A stretch of DNA of 58,070 nucleotides, filler included, from Sphacelaria rigidula (GCA_964200075.2; 5 parts of 5 records of this genome joined end to end with filler, not necessarily neighbours in it); one strand, 5' to 3'. Numbered from the whole stretch's first letter, positions 13,045 to 24,962 are shown. Program-made: numbers and translations. The notes: a model not told the origin generated them from the sequence alone.

Positions 13045-13933
13045 GTGTCCACCTTTATAGGGAGACTCAACCTTGGTTGGAGTATGTACGCAGCAGCAAC
13101 AGTAGATGCAGCACGTGCACTGATGCTGCTCGTTGAAAAAAAACGGGTCCTTCCGAAGGCGAGAACAACTCAGTATCGTGACTGTCGAACTGTTGTCGAT
13201 GGGTACGTACCATGTAAGATCGGAGTGGCAGCGAAGGGGCGGCAGTAGCCGTTCTTTACCTTTGCGTGGGCGCAGTATGTACAGTGTGGGAGACAAAAAA
13301 TCGACAAAAAGGGGTTATTTACGCTCGCGGAGTATGAAACGGGCAGGGCAAATAGTTGGCATAAGCGGCAGTTGGCATAAGAAATGTGTTCTGCCATTAC
13401 GGCGGTAAGGACCTGTGATCTCCTTGTTTGCTGTCACTGCCGTGCCATCTTTCATAGCTATCGCTCGCCAGTCTCAGATATTTACACCGATGGAGGTGCA
13501 GGCTACGAAAAAAACATGTAGATTTTCAGGTTCACCTCCAGGATATTGTGGTCATCTACGGGTACCCTGCCATCTCGATCAATCAGATGGCGTTACTGAG
13601 GGCGGTGTATGTTCGGTCTGGAGATGTACCTCCAACCATCCGAAAAGTGCGCAGGTCTACCTAACCGTGTCCATTTGTCATTGACCAAAACGAGAAATAC
13701 TTCAAGGCTATCATGATAAGACACGAAATCAATTGTGTCAGAAACATGTACCCCCTTCCATACCAGGAGTTTCCACCCTTTTCGATGACCGCGTATCTTG
13801 TTTCTTTGCGCAGGCCAAGATCAACTTGGGGATACTGGGTGCACTGCTGGCGGGCGCGACGTACTTCATCTGCACGACCGACATGAAAGCGGTGGTGAAC
13901 TTTGTCACCTATGCCGACAACGTGGGATTGTAG
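13045..13933 (+). pseudogene. Decayed gene; candidate TET/JBP-like 2OG-Fe(II) dioxygenase
   Basis: ORFs 13415-13684 and 13733-13933 share a frame with one TGA between them: QIFTPMEV...RVPCHLDQSDG...PKSAQVYLTV...H...DDRVSCFFAQAK, i.e. HxD...H...RxS order. Upstream piece 13045-13248 is in another frame. Confidence 0.5.
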
Positions 13934-14828
13934 ATACTCGTCCCTACTCTCGCAAAACGTTGCCTTTTGAACATGAGGATGACGCCGTTGCGGCGCTTTC
14001 GTACGTCGCATTCTCGGTGTGGTGAAGGACGGCAGCCGGCACAGCACGGCGTGTTTGGGTCGCTTGGCGAACGTATTGCTGCCGGTGTTACAGGTTGCAA
14101 TCCTTCAGGCCCGGTGTGGGTTGAACGGGCACGGAGTCTTCCCTGGCGTTGATCTCGACACGAGTGTTATCTGCCGCCTCCAGCAAACCGCATCTAGTTC
14201 AAATCGACGTGAGATGACTCTTCGCTTCGAGGTTGGTGAATACAACATTGTCCGGCAACTAGACGTAGTCATGGGTATCGCTTCAGGTGCTGCTTGAGCG
14301 TGGCAGAAGCAGCGGGTTGAACAGCGGTTCCACCTCTACGCCGTCGCAAAAGAGATGCGCTGCTACGCCAACATTTGCAGTACCTTAAACGTGGTTCGCC
14401 CTGAGGTCTGCCGACTAGTACGATATAGTGTGATTTTGTAGCAGTTGCAAGTCCATGTGCTTTAGACGCCATTCGGCCATTTTACATGTTCGATGTACGT
14501 GTGGTTTCACCGCGTGGTGCGGCATTTTTAGGTGCTCCGGCTATGTTGGAGTATGTTTGCTTAGGTGTCGAAGTACGCGCGTGTTGTCGTTCGTTGTACT
14601 TCAGTATCTGTATGTCACCGATGTCAAAATGTGCGTTACTCTTCGCCCAGAGAGTCATGCAACTGTAAGGGTGACACATTTGAGCCCAGATGTTTCTCAT
14701 TCGGGGGCTCCTCGAGTTAGGAGCTACACAGAAAATATCGGTAAGGATATTCCCGTTTTCAACCTCATTCGGGATATCCCTAGCCCATTGGAGTGGTAGT
14801 CGTGGCGTGCTCTGATATATCATTAGTT

Positions 14829-14900
14829 GGGGGGGGCGTACTCATGTGTTGCTTGCCTTCGTCGTGTGACCATTGACCACGCATCCCTTTCGAAACGGAG
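14829..14900 (+). repeat. ~70-bp dispersed module preceded by a G-run
   Basis: GGGGCGTACTCATxTGTTGCTTGCCTTxGTCGTxTGACCATTGACCACGCATCCCTTTCGAxACGGAG; also at 34985-35050, 37646-37717, ~46545-46590, 50167-50235 and inside 50333-50729. Confidence 0.9.
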
Positions 14901-15524
14901 TCGTTTGGGGGGGGGAGATAGACGGCTCCCAGCGTTGCAAACCTCAGAAAATCTGTATGCACCCCTACTGTAGCACCACTCGTGAACGGAGCGGCTTGTG
15001 ACTGCACGTTTGGTTGGGATTGTCCGTCTCGTGGGTGAGCAGGTGAACACGTCGTCGGCGTGGGAGCTAGTGATGATGCTGTTGCAACAGTCTACTTGGA
15101 ATTGCCCACGATCTCCTTCATGTTTTCAGCATTGGGCGCACGTGGGTGAGGCACTGAAAAACATGCCGAAAAATATGCTGCTACTCACCGTTTTAGCAGT
15201 TGGATGAACATCATTAATGAGGTATAGCTGGGCTGCCGCAGCACGTTAAATCATCGCTGCAATGAGAAACACAATGGGCCGGCGAGAGAGTATGCACAAA
15301 ATATTTGCGGGATCGGCCATCAGCGCCCGCAACGGGATACCCTTTCGCCGAGAAGGTTGCCGCATTGTCAGATGCGCCACGCTCTACATGGCGCCGTCAC
15401 AGAAAAACGTTCCGGTCGCTCAACATGGTCCGACCTTGCAACGCCGATCCTTACAGCTAACTTGGTCCGAAAAACGTGTTACTGGTTACAACCAGAGGAC
15501 CACCTGTTTTATTTATGTCATGAA

Positions 15525-17738
15525 TTAGTCGCTTTCTTCCAGCGCGGCGTCGAGAATGTCATCTGCCATCCCAATTCCACCACCACCGTCACCGGTGGCT
15601 AGTCTGAACAACGAAACTCCCGATCCACATGACAGAACCCCGGAGGACGAATTAATGGTAGCCGAATCAACCGTATCCGCCCGCCCCGCAAACTGCAACC
15701 CCTCCTGGGACCGGCGATGGCCCGCCGCGACCACTCCCGATGGATGCTGCGGTAAAAGTTTCTCCCTCTCTGGCCCATCCAATGGGTCATTGTCGGTCAT
15801 CCGCGCCTTTTTAGCCCCGTCGCTACTTGTGGGGTAGAAAGTGCCCAGCTGAGCTCCTGCTGATTTTGAAGAGGCAACGCTCGGGCTGTGTGATCGCTTC
15901 GAGGCCGCTTGCCCTTCCTTCGTTGATCTGTCCGCCAACGGCCAAACATCCGACGCGTTCGGCGCACCCTGTTCCCCTAGGAGCTGCGTTGTTGAGGTAC
16001 CCCTCCCGTTGTCACGCATACCCACGCCAGCTGGATTGGGGTTGGGGTCATGATCCTCGCTTCCATCGTCGTCGCTATCAAGCCCAGCCAAGTCTGACCA
16101 AATTGACGTGGAAAATCCGGGAGCGGGTGGTCGCTTTGATACGACCTCCGTCTTACGAGCGCAGCCATCGCGATGGGAGCGTCCGCCTCCCGATATAGAC
16201 GAAGCTTCCCCGTGGTTTTGTCGATCATTCGAACCTGCAGGCCGTTCGGTCGTTCCAATAGCGCCAGCAGCAGGGGGGGCAACGACCCCGTTCTCACCTG
16301 GTGAGGAATCAGCACGCAACGGTCTGCAGTGTGGCGAGAAGCTTGGGCTTGACCGCTGGGGTTCGGTTTCTGAAAAAATCGTGCTGCGTGCCGGCGACCG
16401 TTCCCCCTCTCCGGCTGCACGTGATGGTGCTCCTGCTACGGTTGATGTCATCCATCTATCACCCATAGCAGAGCTTCGTATATGCGGTGAAGGTCCAGTA
16501 GTCGACGGATTCCGTTGCAACGCGTTTTGGGAGCTTCCGCACACTCCTCGATGACCTCGTGTGCCGCTTCGAACGACACCGTCCTCGTACCCCGACCCGA
16601 TTGCTGCTCTTCGCTGGTTACGTACACCCAAATCTTCCGGTGCGCTTGTCTTGCGGGCATGTTCTCCGGAACAAGATTTTCCCTCCGCGTCATTATCTCC
16701 ACCATCCGCGCCAAAATCATCACATTTTTCACCACCGACAATGCTTTCCAACCCCGTCCTCTCCTCGCCCCCACCGGCGTTTCCACCTCCGCAACTTTCA
16801 TTACCTGGAGCGACACCACCCATTGTGGTATCGCCTTGCCCAAGCGCGATTTCCGCCTGCGTCAGATCGTCGCCCATGATACCGGATGGCACTGGAGACG
16901 ACGACATCCTCTCCATAGCCGTACCTGAAGACACTCGCTGCGTTGGAGAAAGCTGCGAGGGCATCCGCGATGAATCCGAGAAAACCGGCTCTTGGCTGGC
17001 AACACCTGTCTCACGACAATGTGAATCACTTCCGATAGAGGGCGGAACATCAATGGAACCTAGGGCATCCTTCGGCCCACTGTTGTCCCTGCCTGAGCTC
17101 CCCGCTCGCTGGGTTCTTCTATTAGCATCAATAGAGCCCTGGCTGCCACTATTCTCCTGCGTTCCTACGATGTCGACACCCGCAGCACCACCAGGGTGAA
17201 AGCTTCCGCGAGCCTGAATCACGATGGCTAAATCATCCTCATCAGAAGAGTTGTACCCCCTATCAGTAGCAGGCTCACGGTGTGGCGATCGCGCGGGCGG
17301 CGGGGGGCGTGCAGGCCGCCCTGCTGCTCCCCCCTTCCCTCCCCCGTTGTTTACAGGACGTGGCCGACGCCGCCGGGGCGATACAGTTGTTTTCGGTGTT
17401 GATGCTGTCAGGGTCAAGGGGGGTGTTACTGGAGGTGAAGATAGGCGTGTGGGTGGATGATCACCATCCTCCATCGCAGTGGGAGACCTCGGAGTAAAGG
17501 GGGGATCTACGCGCACGGGGTTGAGGCGGAAGCAGTCGACGGGGGGCATCATCGGATGAGTATGTGGGGTGACTTGTCGGGAAAGCAGGAGTTCTGGAAT
17601 TGTCCGGTAACGCCATTGTGGTTGAATGCGAACACGCGCGTTCTTGATAGAGTTGAGACATTCGAGGGTGGTGGGTTTTTCGCGTAGACGAAGACACATA
17701 CGGAAGCATACTGCATATTGGATAAGAAGCACGAGCAT
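15525..17738 (-). CDS. Long uninterrupted ORF (737 aa), S/G/P/R-rich and probably disordered; function unknown, possibly the 3' part of a decaying gene
   Basis: 2.2 kb open frame with an acidic C-terminus (MADDILDAALEESD). The same frame continues upstream with several stops, so the true start is uncertain. Confidence 0.6.
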   Translation of the reverse strand: MLVLLIQYAVCFRMCLRLREKPTTLECLNSIKNARVRIQPQWRYRTIPELLLSRQVTPHTHPMMPPVDCFRLNPVRVDPPFTPRSPTAMEDGDHPPTRLSSPPVTPPLTLTASTPKTTVSPRRRRPRPVNNGGGKGGAAGRPARPPPPARSPHREPATDRGYNSSDEDDLAIVIQARGSFHPGGAAGVDIVGTQENSGSQGSIDANRRTQRAGSSGRDNSGPKDALGSIDVPPSIGSDSHCRETGVASQEPVFSDSSRMPSQLSPTQRVSSGTAMERMSSSPVPSGIMGDDLTQAEIALGQGDTTMGGVAPGNESCGGGNAGGGEERTGLESIVGGEKCDDFGADGGDNDAEGKSCSGEHARKTSAPEDLGVRNQRRAAIGSGYEDGVVRSGTRGHRGVCGSSQNALQRNPSTTGPSPHIRSSAMGDRWMTSTVAGAPSRAAGEGERSPARSTIFSETEPQRSSPSFSPHCRPLRADSSPGENGVVAPPAAGAIGTTERPAGSNDRQNHGEASSISGGGRSHRDGCARKTEVVSKRPPAPGFSTSIWSDLAGLDSDDDGSEDHDPNPNPAGVGMRDNGRGTSTTQLLGEQGAPNASDVWPLADRSTKEGQAASKRSHSPSVASSKSAGAQLGTFYPTSSDGAKKARMTDNDPLDGPEREKLLPQHPSGVVAAGHRRSQEGLQFAGRADTVDSATINSSSGVLSCGSGVSLFRLATGDGGGGIGMADDILDAALEESD

Positions 17739-19270
17739 ATCATGAACGCTTTCTCGACACTACACTTCTCCGAACTGTCAGAGAGAGTGCAGAACACCAC
17801 CCAAGCCGGTCCCAGCTCAAGAGATCGAAATCTGTCTCCTGGGATTATTCACGTGAGCTATGAGAACGAAGTCAAATTTCCCGAGGCAGGGGCTATTGCT
17901 TAATCGATTGAACGATCACCTCACGCTAATAAAACCGGCACGACTATCTTGTTGTCGTCCTTGGGGTGAAGTGCGGGGAGACAGAGCTTCCTCAACGTAT
18001 CTCCGAAAAAAACGGTTCCAAGCGTATACTTCCTCATGAGTTCAGGTCCCTGCAAATTTTGAATAACGCATCAAAGGTACGCACGTTCTTAAGGGGATCG
18101 GAATTATCGTGAAAATGTTTTCGATATTTTTGTTGGTCACTTACCATATCTACGAAGCGATGGAGTGGGAGTCCAAACAGGTTTCAGTTTTCTCGCCTCC
18201 GGGTCGGCAACGAGCAAACCAGCTCTCGAGACAATCGCGTACAAACTCAGGTGTGTTTGATGTATTCTGTGTCAAGCTGTCACCCAGCTGCCACCTACAT
18301 GCAGAACTTGGTGCGCTTGCATAGCTTGATGTATATATATATATATATATATATAACTGCCCCAATGACCGATCAGATTGCGCCGGCATGCTTGCCCCGG
18401 TTATAGAAAGTCTGATGTTCGTGTTACGCTTGGGTGCTGTCTGTGCTGTGATATGTGCCCCGACCGCAAATTCCTTCGACTCGCATCAGCCAATACAGCA
18501 CGCCCAAAGCGACAACAGCTGCGGCACACGAGAGAAACAGCCCGACTCAGACAAACTCACCACAATTCCTCAGCCACTGTAGGCGCTCTGGCGAAGGGAT
18601 GCCTGTGTCAGCCGGGTATACCCCCATCACGCAAGACGGGTGGATGTTAAGCAGCCGCGTGGTGCCCGGCCCGGTGACAAAGATCGACACCTGCTTCGCA
18701 GTGATCAAAAGCACATACCCCGTATGATTGTTTTGTTGCCATAATAGTGGTCATCAGGTTATTCCAACGGAACGAAGTACATTCTACACATGGCTACATC
18801 GTGTAATCGACCGGTTATACATAGTAGAAAGACCCGCGCTATAGACCAGGGTAGCCCAACACGGATAGACCCGGAACCCTCGAGTGGAGGCAACTTCTGG
18901 CTACACCGCAGCATTGCTCAAACGCATGCCTAAGTCCATGGACGGTCTGCGGAAGGCCACTTCTGAAAGGAGTAGTACACACCAAGCGCCGCTCAGCACT
19001 CGTGTCAGTGAAGCGGAGACGTAACAGATTACTGCGAACTTGCCTCTTTAAGCAGCAAGGCAGCCCCTGCAGCCAGGTCCGGTCCATGGTCTTCCATACA
19101 CCCGGGGTGCAGGTACCCTCGCATCCTGCCGGAGGGATCCTGTGATGCAATGACCAATTATTCAAACGCGCAAAAGAAACGAAGCGTTCAGAGGGGAACG
19201 AGGTTTTGGTTGGTTCTCACCTGCAATCGGAAACGCAAAGCGCGACTTCCGAAGCAGGTTTTGACAGTGT

Positions 19271-19968
19271 TTAAAACGTTCTTGTCCCTGCTCTCTGCGT
19301 AGTTTGTACCCAAGTTTTCCCCTCGCACACGGCAAGCGACACTAACCCACCGCATATAAGCGCGTATGCGTTTCTAGCTTTACTTAAAGGTGGGTCCCGG
19401 GAAACAAGCGGCCAAATACTACAGGGCACAGTTCCCCTGTTGACTATCCTTGTACCTGACCTTGACCGGCGAGACACCAGTGTGACACCAGTGTGCGCTG
19501 CCAAAAATGCCTCTTGAGGGAGAAATGTCTCACACAAGCGCTTTCCAACCACGAAAGATTCATCATCGATGAGCACAGTGCAGGACCGCATGTGAGAGTC
19601 GACGGTGAAGGCAACGCTCGTCAGAGGTCGTGATGCACGGTAAAAACCATGCAAGTCCTTTTAGTCACGAATACCCAAGGCACTCACTCGCAAATCACTA
19701 CGGTACAGAAAGTTACTTGCCACGAGATCGACGACGACATCGCTCTGGGAAAGCTTGGTGAGGGAGTCTATAACTGCCATGATGACCGGCACTCGGAGGT
19801 CGAAGTCTCCTGCAAGCACATCCGCCATCGGCGCCACCGCTCCGTCCAGATACGTCTGCACCGCTGCCAAAACCACATGTGGTTGTTTTGCAAAACAAGA
19901 TCATGAGCGACGATGTCTTTCGGGAATTGCTCAACCAACCATGACGATTTTGGTGCCACCATGTGCAT
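19271..19968 (-). pseudogene. Decayed coding sequence, family unknown
   Basis: ORFs 19661-19876 and 19271-19654 are in one frame separated by one stop (...ALGIRD*KDLHGFY...); an upstream frameshifted piece reads WLVEQFPKDIVAHDLVLQNNH. Confidence 0.45.
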
Positions 19969-20097
19969 TTTGTTCCACAGGAATTAATGAAGGTCGTATG
20001 ACCATTGGAGAGAACAGGTGATACGAGTATACATCTACGCTCTTAGCCGGAACGAGTGACCGTTGTGACAACCGTTGTAGACGATAGGCGACCTATA

Positions 20098-20536
20098 ACA
20101 CGGGAATTTACGAATTGGGGATGGATTCTTTATTGAGGATGAGGAAAGTTGAGAATTGAAATCTTCGTATCCACACCAAATCCTCGAAATATGGTTCAAT
20201 CCCTCCACCTACGGGTAGCTATTGACAACTACTACAAGTCATTCAAATTTGGGCTTCGATAATCGTAATGTTGGGGTCCTAATTGAAAACCAATTTTGGA
20301 GAATTTCGGCGATCTGATGTATCATCCAAATGCCCCAAAATTGTTTCTTCACCTAGGACCCCAAAATGTCAGTTACCAGTATCCAGATATGTATGGCGTG
20401 TAGTGGTTGTCAATAGCTACCAGTAGGTGAAGAGATGGAACTATATTTCGGAGTTTGGGTGTGGATACGAATATTTTAATTCTACGGGTTCTCATCCCGA
20501 ATAAAAAATCCATCCCCAATTTGTAAAATCCCGTGT
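20098..20536. mobile_element. Full-length foldback MITE family C (TA flanks)
   Basis: ACACGGGAATTTACGAATTGGGGATGGAT pairs with ATCCATCCCCAATTTGTAAAATCCCGTGT; arms pair over ~210 bp; TA at 20096-20097 and 20537-20538. Confidence 0.85.
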
Positions 20537-20883
20537 TACATGTCTCGCATCAGCTCTTGAACGTCTTGACTCGGAATCGGAGACGGGTCATGAATCCACT
20601 TCCTTGAACGCGAGCAACGGCCGTCAACCTTCCCGTGGCACAATGGCACAACAGCTCTCGCTCGCTGCCAACGACACAGATCGGACGGGTAACATCGCTA
20701 GCGCCCGAACCTGGAGAATAACGTCTCTTTCAGAACGCGCAAACAAAACCCTCGGTCCGCCACCCATGCTCTCTTTCTGTTCTTCTTTTCTGTCTAGCCG
20801 CTTGCAACGCGTTTTTTTCCTGATATTGAAAACGGCGGCGACGGCGGTAACCTCACAGCTATCGAGCTGATGAGCATCTATTT

Positions 20884-21330
20884 GATTTGATTTGATCGAT
20901 TGATTGTCGCACTTTCACTGACCCCCCAGGGGTCCAGTCGTGGTGTCATGACAGACATCTTTACCACCACAATATACCACTGGGCTTGCACGGTGTCGTT
21001 GTGCAACATCACCTACTTTTAGGTACAAAGGTGACGAAATATGAGCAAAGTCAAATCAAACAAGAGAAATCGCTGTGAAAACTTTGCCAATACCCCCTCG
21101 CTGTCCCTGTTCACCTTCAACATCACTAGCGCCCTCCTCCGGAATGGGGACATCAACCGCCGAACACAGGGACAACCATGGTCCCTTGGAGAAATGGCCA
21201 CCGCCAACCTCCCCCCTGTCGCCATCGGGACTCTTGTTTCTCCGGGCGGTGCCGCCATTGCCTTCCTCATCCGACCCTCCACTTTCCTCTGCATCTTGTG
21301 CGCTGTGTGTGAAAAGTCCCGTGGATAAAG
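20884..21330 (-). mobile_element. 3' end of a non-LTR retroelement with (CAAT)n-like tail
   Basis: GATTGATTGTCGCACTTTxACTGACCCCCCAGGG...CCAGxCGTGG recurs at ~30505-30585, ~36105-36170, ~55275-55325 and inverted at ~36500-36558; the 5' boundary is approximate. Confidence 0.55.
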
Positions 21331-21638
21331 ACACCGTTATTTGGCGAGGTGATGGCACGATATTCTTGCTGATACAACACCGTACTGCAGTTTATCTTCA
21401 TCACACATCTGAACACGCTGCTAGCCCTTTGGCGCAGGGTAGGATAGAGGTCCATACTGAAGAAGTAATGGACACGCAAAAAAGTGATTGCGCGCCCATG
21501 CCGTGTGTTGTGTAATGCTTGTGCTACAGCGCATAGTTGTACTCACGATGAAAGCGGTATGAAGGTCTTGAACGGTACCTCTGATAGCTGCAGGACACCT
21601 GGTTACATGAACTGGTATTTTCCTTCACCCCCCCGAAG

Positions 21639-22975
21639 ATGACAAAATGTGCCAAGAGTGACATGATGCTAGACCGGGAAATATCGAAATATTTTGATAT
21701 CGTACGAGGAGTTGCAAAAGGATGTACGTTATCACCCACTTCATTCAAGGTATTCATTAGTGACTTGATGTTAGCGATAGAAGCAGCACATCAAGTATTC
21801 AAGGTGGGTGAAGACGTGATATCAGGTTTGATTTTCGCTGATGATTTTGTGGGGATTTCAGGAACAGCAGAAGGATCGCAAAAACATGTAGAAAAGGCGC
21901 AAGAATACACTAGGAAATGGAGAATGACAGCGAATGTCAACAAATGCGCGGTACTCGTCTGTAACGAAGATAAGAAAACCCGGTAGAGTTCAAGTTGAAG
22001 GGGGGAGAAGAGGAACTGCCGATCGTAGACCAGCATACATACCTTGGCGTAGATATATCAAAACACTGTTGTTGGGATGCACACATAAACAAACTAATAG
22101 AAAAGGATAAGGCACAGATAGGAAGGATGCACGTGATCCCTAGAGACTCGCATCTAGACACGAGGATCAGGAGATGTATGCAGATGAACGTGATCGTCCC
22201 AAAGCTAGAATATGACGGAGAAGTATGGGAGGAGAATGTGAAGGTAATGAAGAAGTTGGAAACAGTACAGACGGCAGCGGCTAAGAAGATACTCCGATGC
22301 TCGAAAACGACGAGTAATACAGCACTGAAAGCAGAGTTGAGAATGAATTCCCTTAAAACAGAGACATGAGGAAACTGAGGTGACAATATAGCATAAAAAA
22401 CATGCAGAGAAAGAGACTGCCAGCTACAGTTGATAGGGCTGTATTGAAGAAAAGTGCGAAAAGGCATGCTGGAATGAGGTGGGATAGAGAAGTCTAGAAA
22501 GTACGGAAGGAGATAAGATGGAACCAAAACGAAATACTGTCCGTAGGTGAAGGCGCGGGGTACACGATAAAAGTAAGGCACATGATAGAAATAAGGGGAA
22601 AATGAGGGCTCAGACGCAAGGTAGACGAGGAAGAACACCTGAAGATATACGGGGGGTTGAGAGAGGGGATCGGAATGAGAACATATCTGCATGGTCCCAT
22701 GGACGCGGCGAAATATTTGAAACTGCGATTTCGGGTGGGGGACCTGGACCTGCCAGAAAGAAGAAAGAGGAATACCAGTAGTCGAGAGGAGGAGGAAGTA
22801 GATAGACAGAACTGCCTCTGTGGCAAAGCATTAGAGAGCAGGAGTCATGTAGTTGCAGAATGTGAACTATACACAAGGAGGAACGGGACGTGCTAGAGGG
22901 GGAAGTGCGAGACGTGAGCGAAGGTGGGATGAAGTCGTTTGATACATCAGACAGTAGGGAGAAGACGATGACTAT
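21639..22975 (+). mobile_element. 5'-truncated, decayed LINE: reverse transcriptase C-terminal part and thumb
   Basis: RGVAKGCTLSPTSFKVFI (QG/LSP motif), LIFADDFV (YADD-type), KWRMTANVNKC and HTYLGVDIS; frameshifts and stops downstream; C-terminal CLCGK...HVVAEC knuckle. Confidence 0.95.
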
Positions 22976-22987
22976 TACTATTTTTCT

Positions 22988-23169
22988 CACACTTTCAACC
23001 CCTCCTCTTTCTCGGGACGAGTCCGTGGTTTCAAGGGATCAACCCATTTCCCCCCCGGTACGCGCCTTTTATTTTGGTCTCGCGGATTGGGTCAGCACTC
23101 CCGCACAGCGTCAACTCACGTCACACAAATCCAGTCGACTAATTTGTTTACTCACGTTCTCACGCTTTC
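22988..23169 (-). mobile_element. SINE family 1 body, cut by scaffold end
   Basis: Reverse complement of ~24065-24250. Confidence 0.8.
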
Positions 23170-23269
23170 NNNNNNNNNNNNNNNNNNNNNNNNNNNNNNN
23201 NNNNNNNNNNNNNTTAATTAATTAANNNNNNNNNNNNNNNNNNNNNNNNNNNNNNNNNNNNNNNNNNNN
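23170..23269. other. Artificial scaffold spacer
   Basis: N44-TTAATTAATTAA-N44. Confidence 0.99.
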
Positions 23270-23962
23270 GTCGGGCCACTACCCTCCCCTTTCGATGTCT
23301 CTACCTTTGCCCTTGCCCACGCATTGATTTCTTTTTCGAAGGGGGGGGGGGGGTCCGGAAAAAAGGAAAATGCATTCTCCATGATAGCGTTTAGTGTCGA
23401 TATTGCAAACTTACGGGACTCGACATTGCAGGCCGAGGTGTACGTTTTATAGTCAAAAGTAGTACATGTGGTTTCACATAATGTACCCTAATGGTGAAAA
23501 AACCCCAAAAACTTGCTCCGCACTCACAGCAGCATTTTGTGTGGGGAGGCCCCTCAACGAGAAGGGCGCTTCTGCGCTAAAACCGTACGAAGCTGAGACT
23601 GGTACACAGGTGTAGCGTCGAACGGTTCTCCTGATGCCGAGAAATGCCTCCTACTGCACGACGAAACATATGGCGCTTTTAGGGCGCCATGAGAGCTTCA
23701 AAACTACCTGCAGCCAAAAAACAACCCCGATATACACGAACTCCTCCACCCCAATATTGAATCATCATAAGAGTCTGTAGCGAGCTTGATTTAATATCAT
23801 GGTCGTGACATCGCCGTAGGTATGAGCAATGTTTACATGCGGGGGTCAGCTTCGCGTTCGCACCTGCTTTTGTCGGATTGGGGTTCAGGTTCTCTCGGCG
23901 AAACATACACACCGCATTTGACAACCGAACAAGATACGAATATTGGACTACTTTGCCGCCGC

Positions 23963-24255
23963 GCCCCGGTGGCGTAAATGGTCCGCCTGTCGCCGTTGGG
24001 GTGGAGAGAACGACGGTTCGATTCCCAATACGTTGGTTCATTGCTTCGTAGTATGTGATTTCCGCCGTGGAAAGCGGTAGAACGTGAGTAAACACAGTAG
24101 TCGACTAAGCTTGTTTGACGTGAGTTGACGCGGTGCGGGAGTGCTGATCCAATCCGCGAGATCAAAATGCAAAGTGCATACTGGGGAGAGATGGGTTGAT
24201 CCCTTGAGACCGTGGACTCGTCCCGAGGAAGGGAAGAGGTTCAAAGTGCGACAAA
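23963..24255 (+). mobile_element. tRNA-derived SINE family 1
   Basis: A box TGGCGTAAATGG (23970-23981) and B box GGTTCGATTCCC (24015-24026), then a body shared with 22988-23169, ~31325-31540 and ~35380-35722. Confidence 0.8.
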
Positions 24256-24302
24256 CTGTAAATTAAATGAATACATTTGTAGGTGTCGAGAGCAGCACTT
24301 AC

Positions 24303-24409
24303 GTGTGGAAGTGTAGGTCTTCGTCCGATAAGCCTTCGTGTCGGGCGCGTTGACATTTATGGCATAGCAGCAGTAGCCCCTCGTGATGGCATCCCCAACA
24401 TCTCTGAGC
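24303..24409 (-). CDS. IQ/WW/B-box protein, exon 7 in window (B-box-like second half)
   Basis: TTCAG|GCT...AC|GTAAGT; AQRCWGCHHEGLLLLCHKCQRARHEG; phase 0 matches the previous exon. Confidence 0.7.
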
Positions 24410-24962
24410 CTGAATTGTAGGGGGCAGAGTTTCAAAACTAGTCCAGGGTAGCTTGCAGGGTAGTACACTTACTTTCGGTTGGTGCCTCGTAGGGTAACTA
24501 ATGGACACTTCATATTCTGCAGGGTTTCTGAGTGCAGCTGAACTTATGTGGAATGCGCACACTATAATGTGAACACCCACGGACCTAAAATAGCAGCTAT
24601 ATATATATATATATATATTGTTGCTACAGCTTCAGGAACTTCGTTCTTCGTGACAGGCACGCGGAATCGTGGTCTTCTTCACCCCCCTACGGCCAACACG
24701 GCAGCATGTGGACAAAAACTTCCAAAACGCCGTGACGACGTACAATAACGACACAAGGAAAAACGTAAAGGGCACTGAAAAGACCTGCCATTGCTCACTG
24801 ACCGGACACACGTAAAGCTTCGTATTATTCTGACACGACTGAGCGTTTGTCACAGCGTGTAGTGTTTAGTTGGGTATCGTACCCCGGTAGGTTCACTGAC
24901 AAGTCTGGTTTTATCGACCAGTCATTACACCCTGACCTGATTGGGTGGCTGTCCTTCATTAC

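Noticed and set aside
15556-17199. Plus-strand ORFs (e.g. 16108-16554, 16561-17199)
   Set aside because: Antisense shadows of the GC-rich 737-aa ORF.
21937-22692. 251-aa hydrophobic minus-strand ORF
   Set aside because: Antisense to the purine-rich LINE ORF.
23963-24035. tRNA genes at SINE heads (also ~35447, ~51200, 55553)
   Set aside because: A/B boxes are present but I could not form a cloverleaf, and each is fused to a repeated body.
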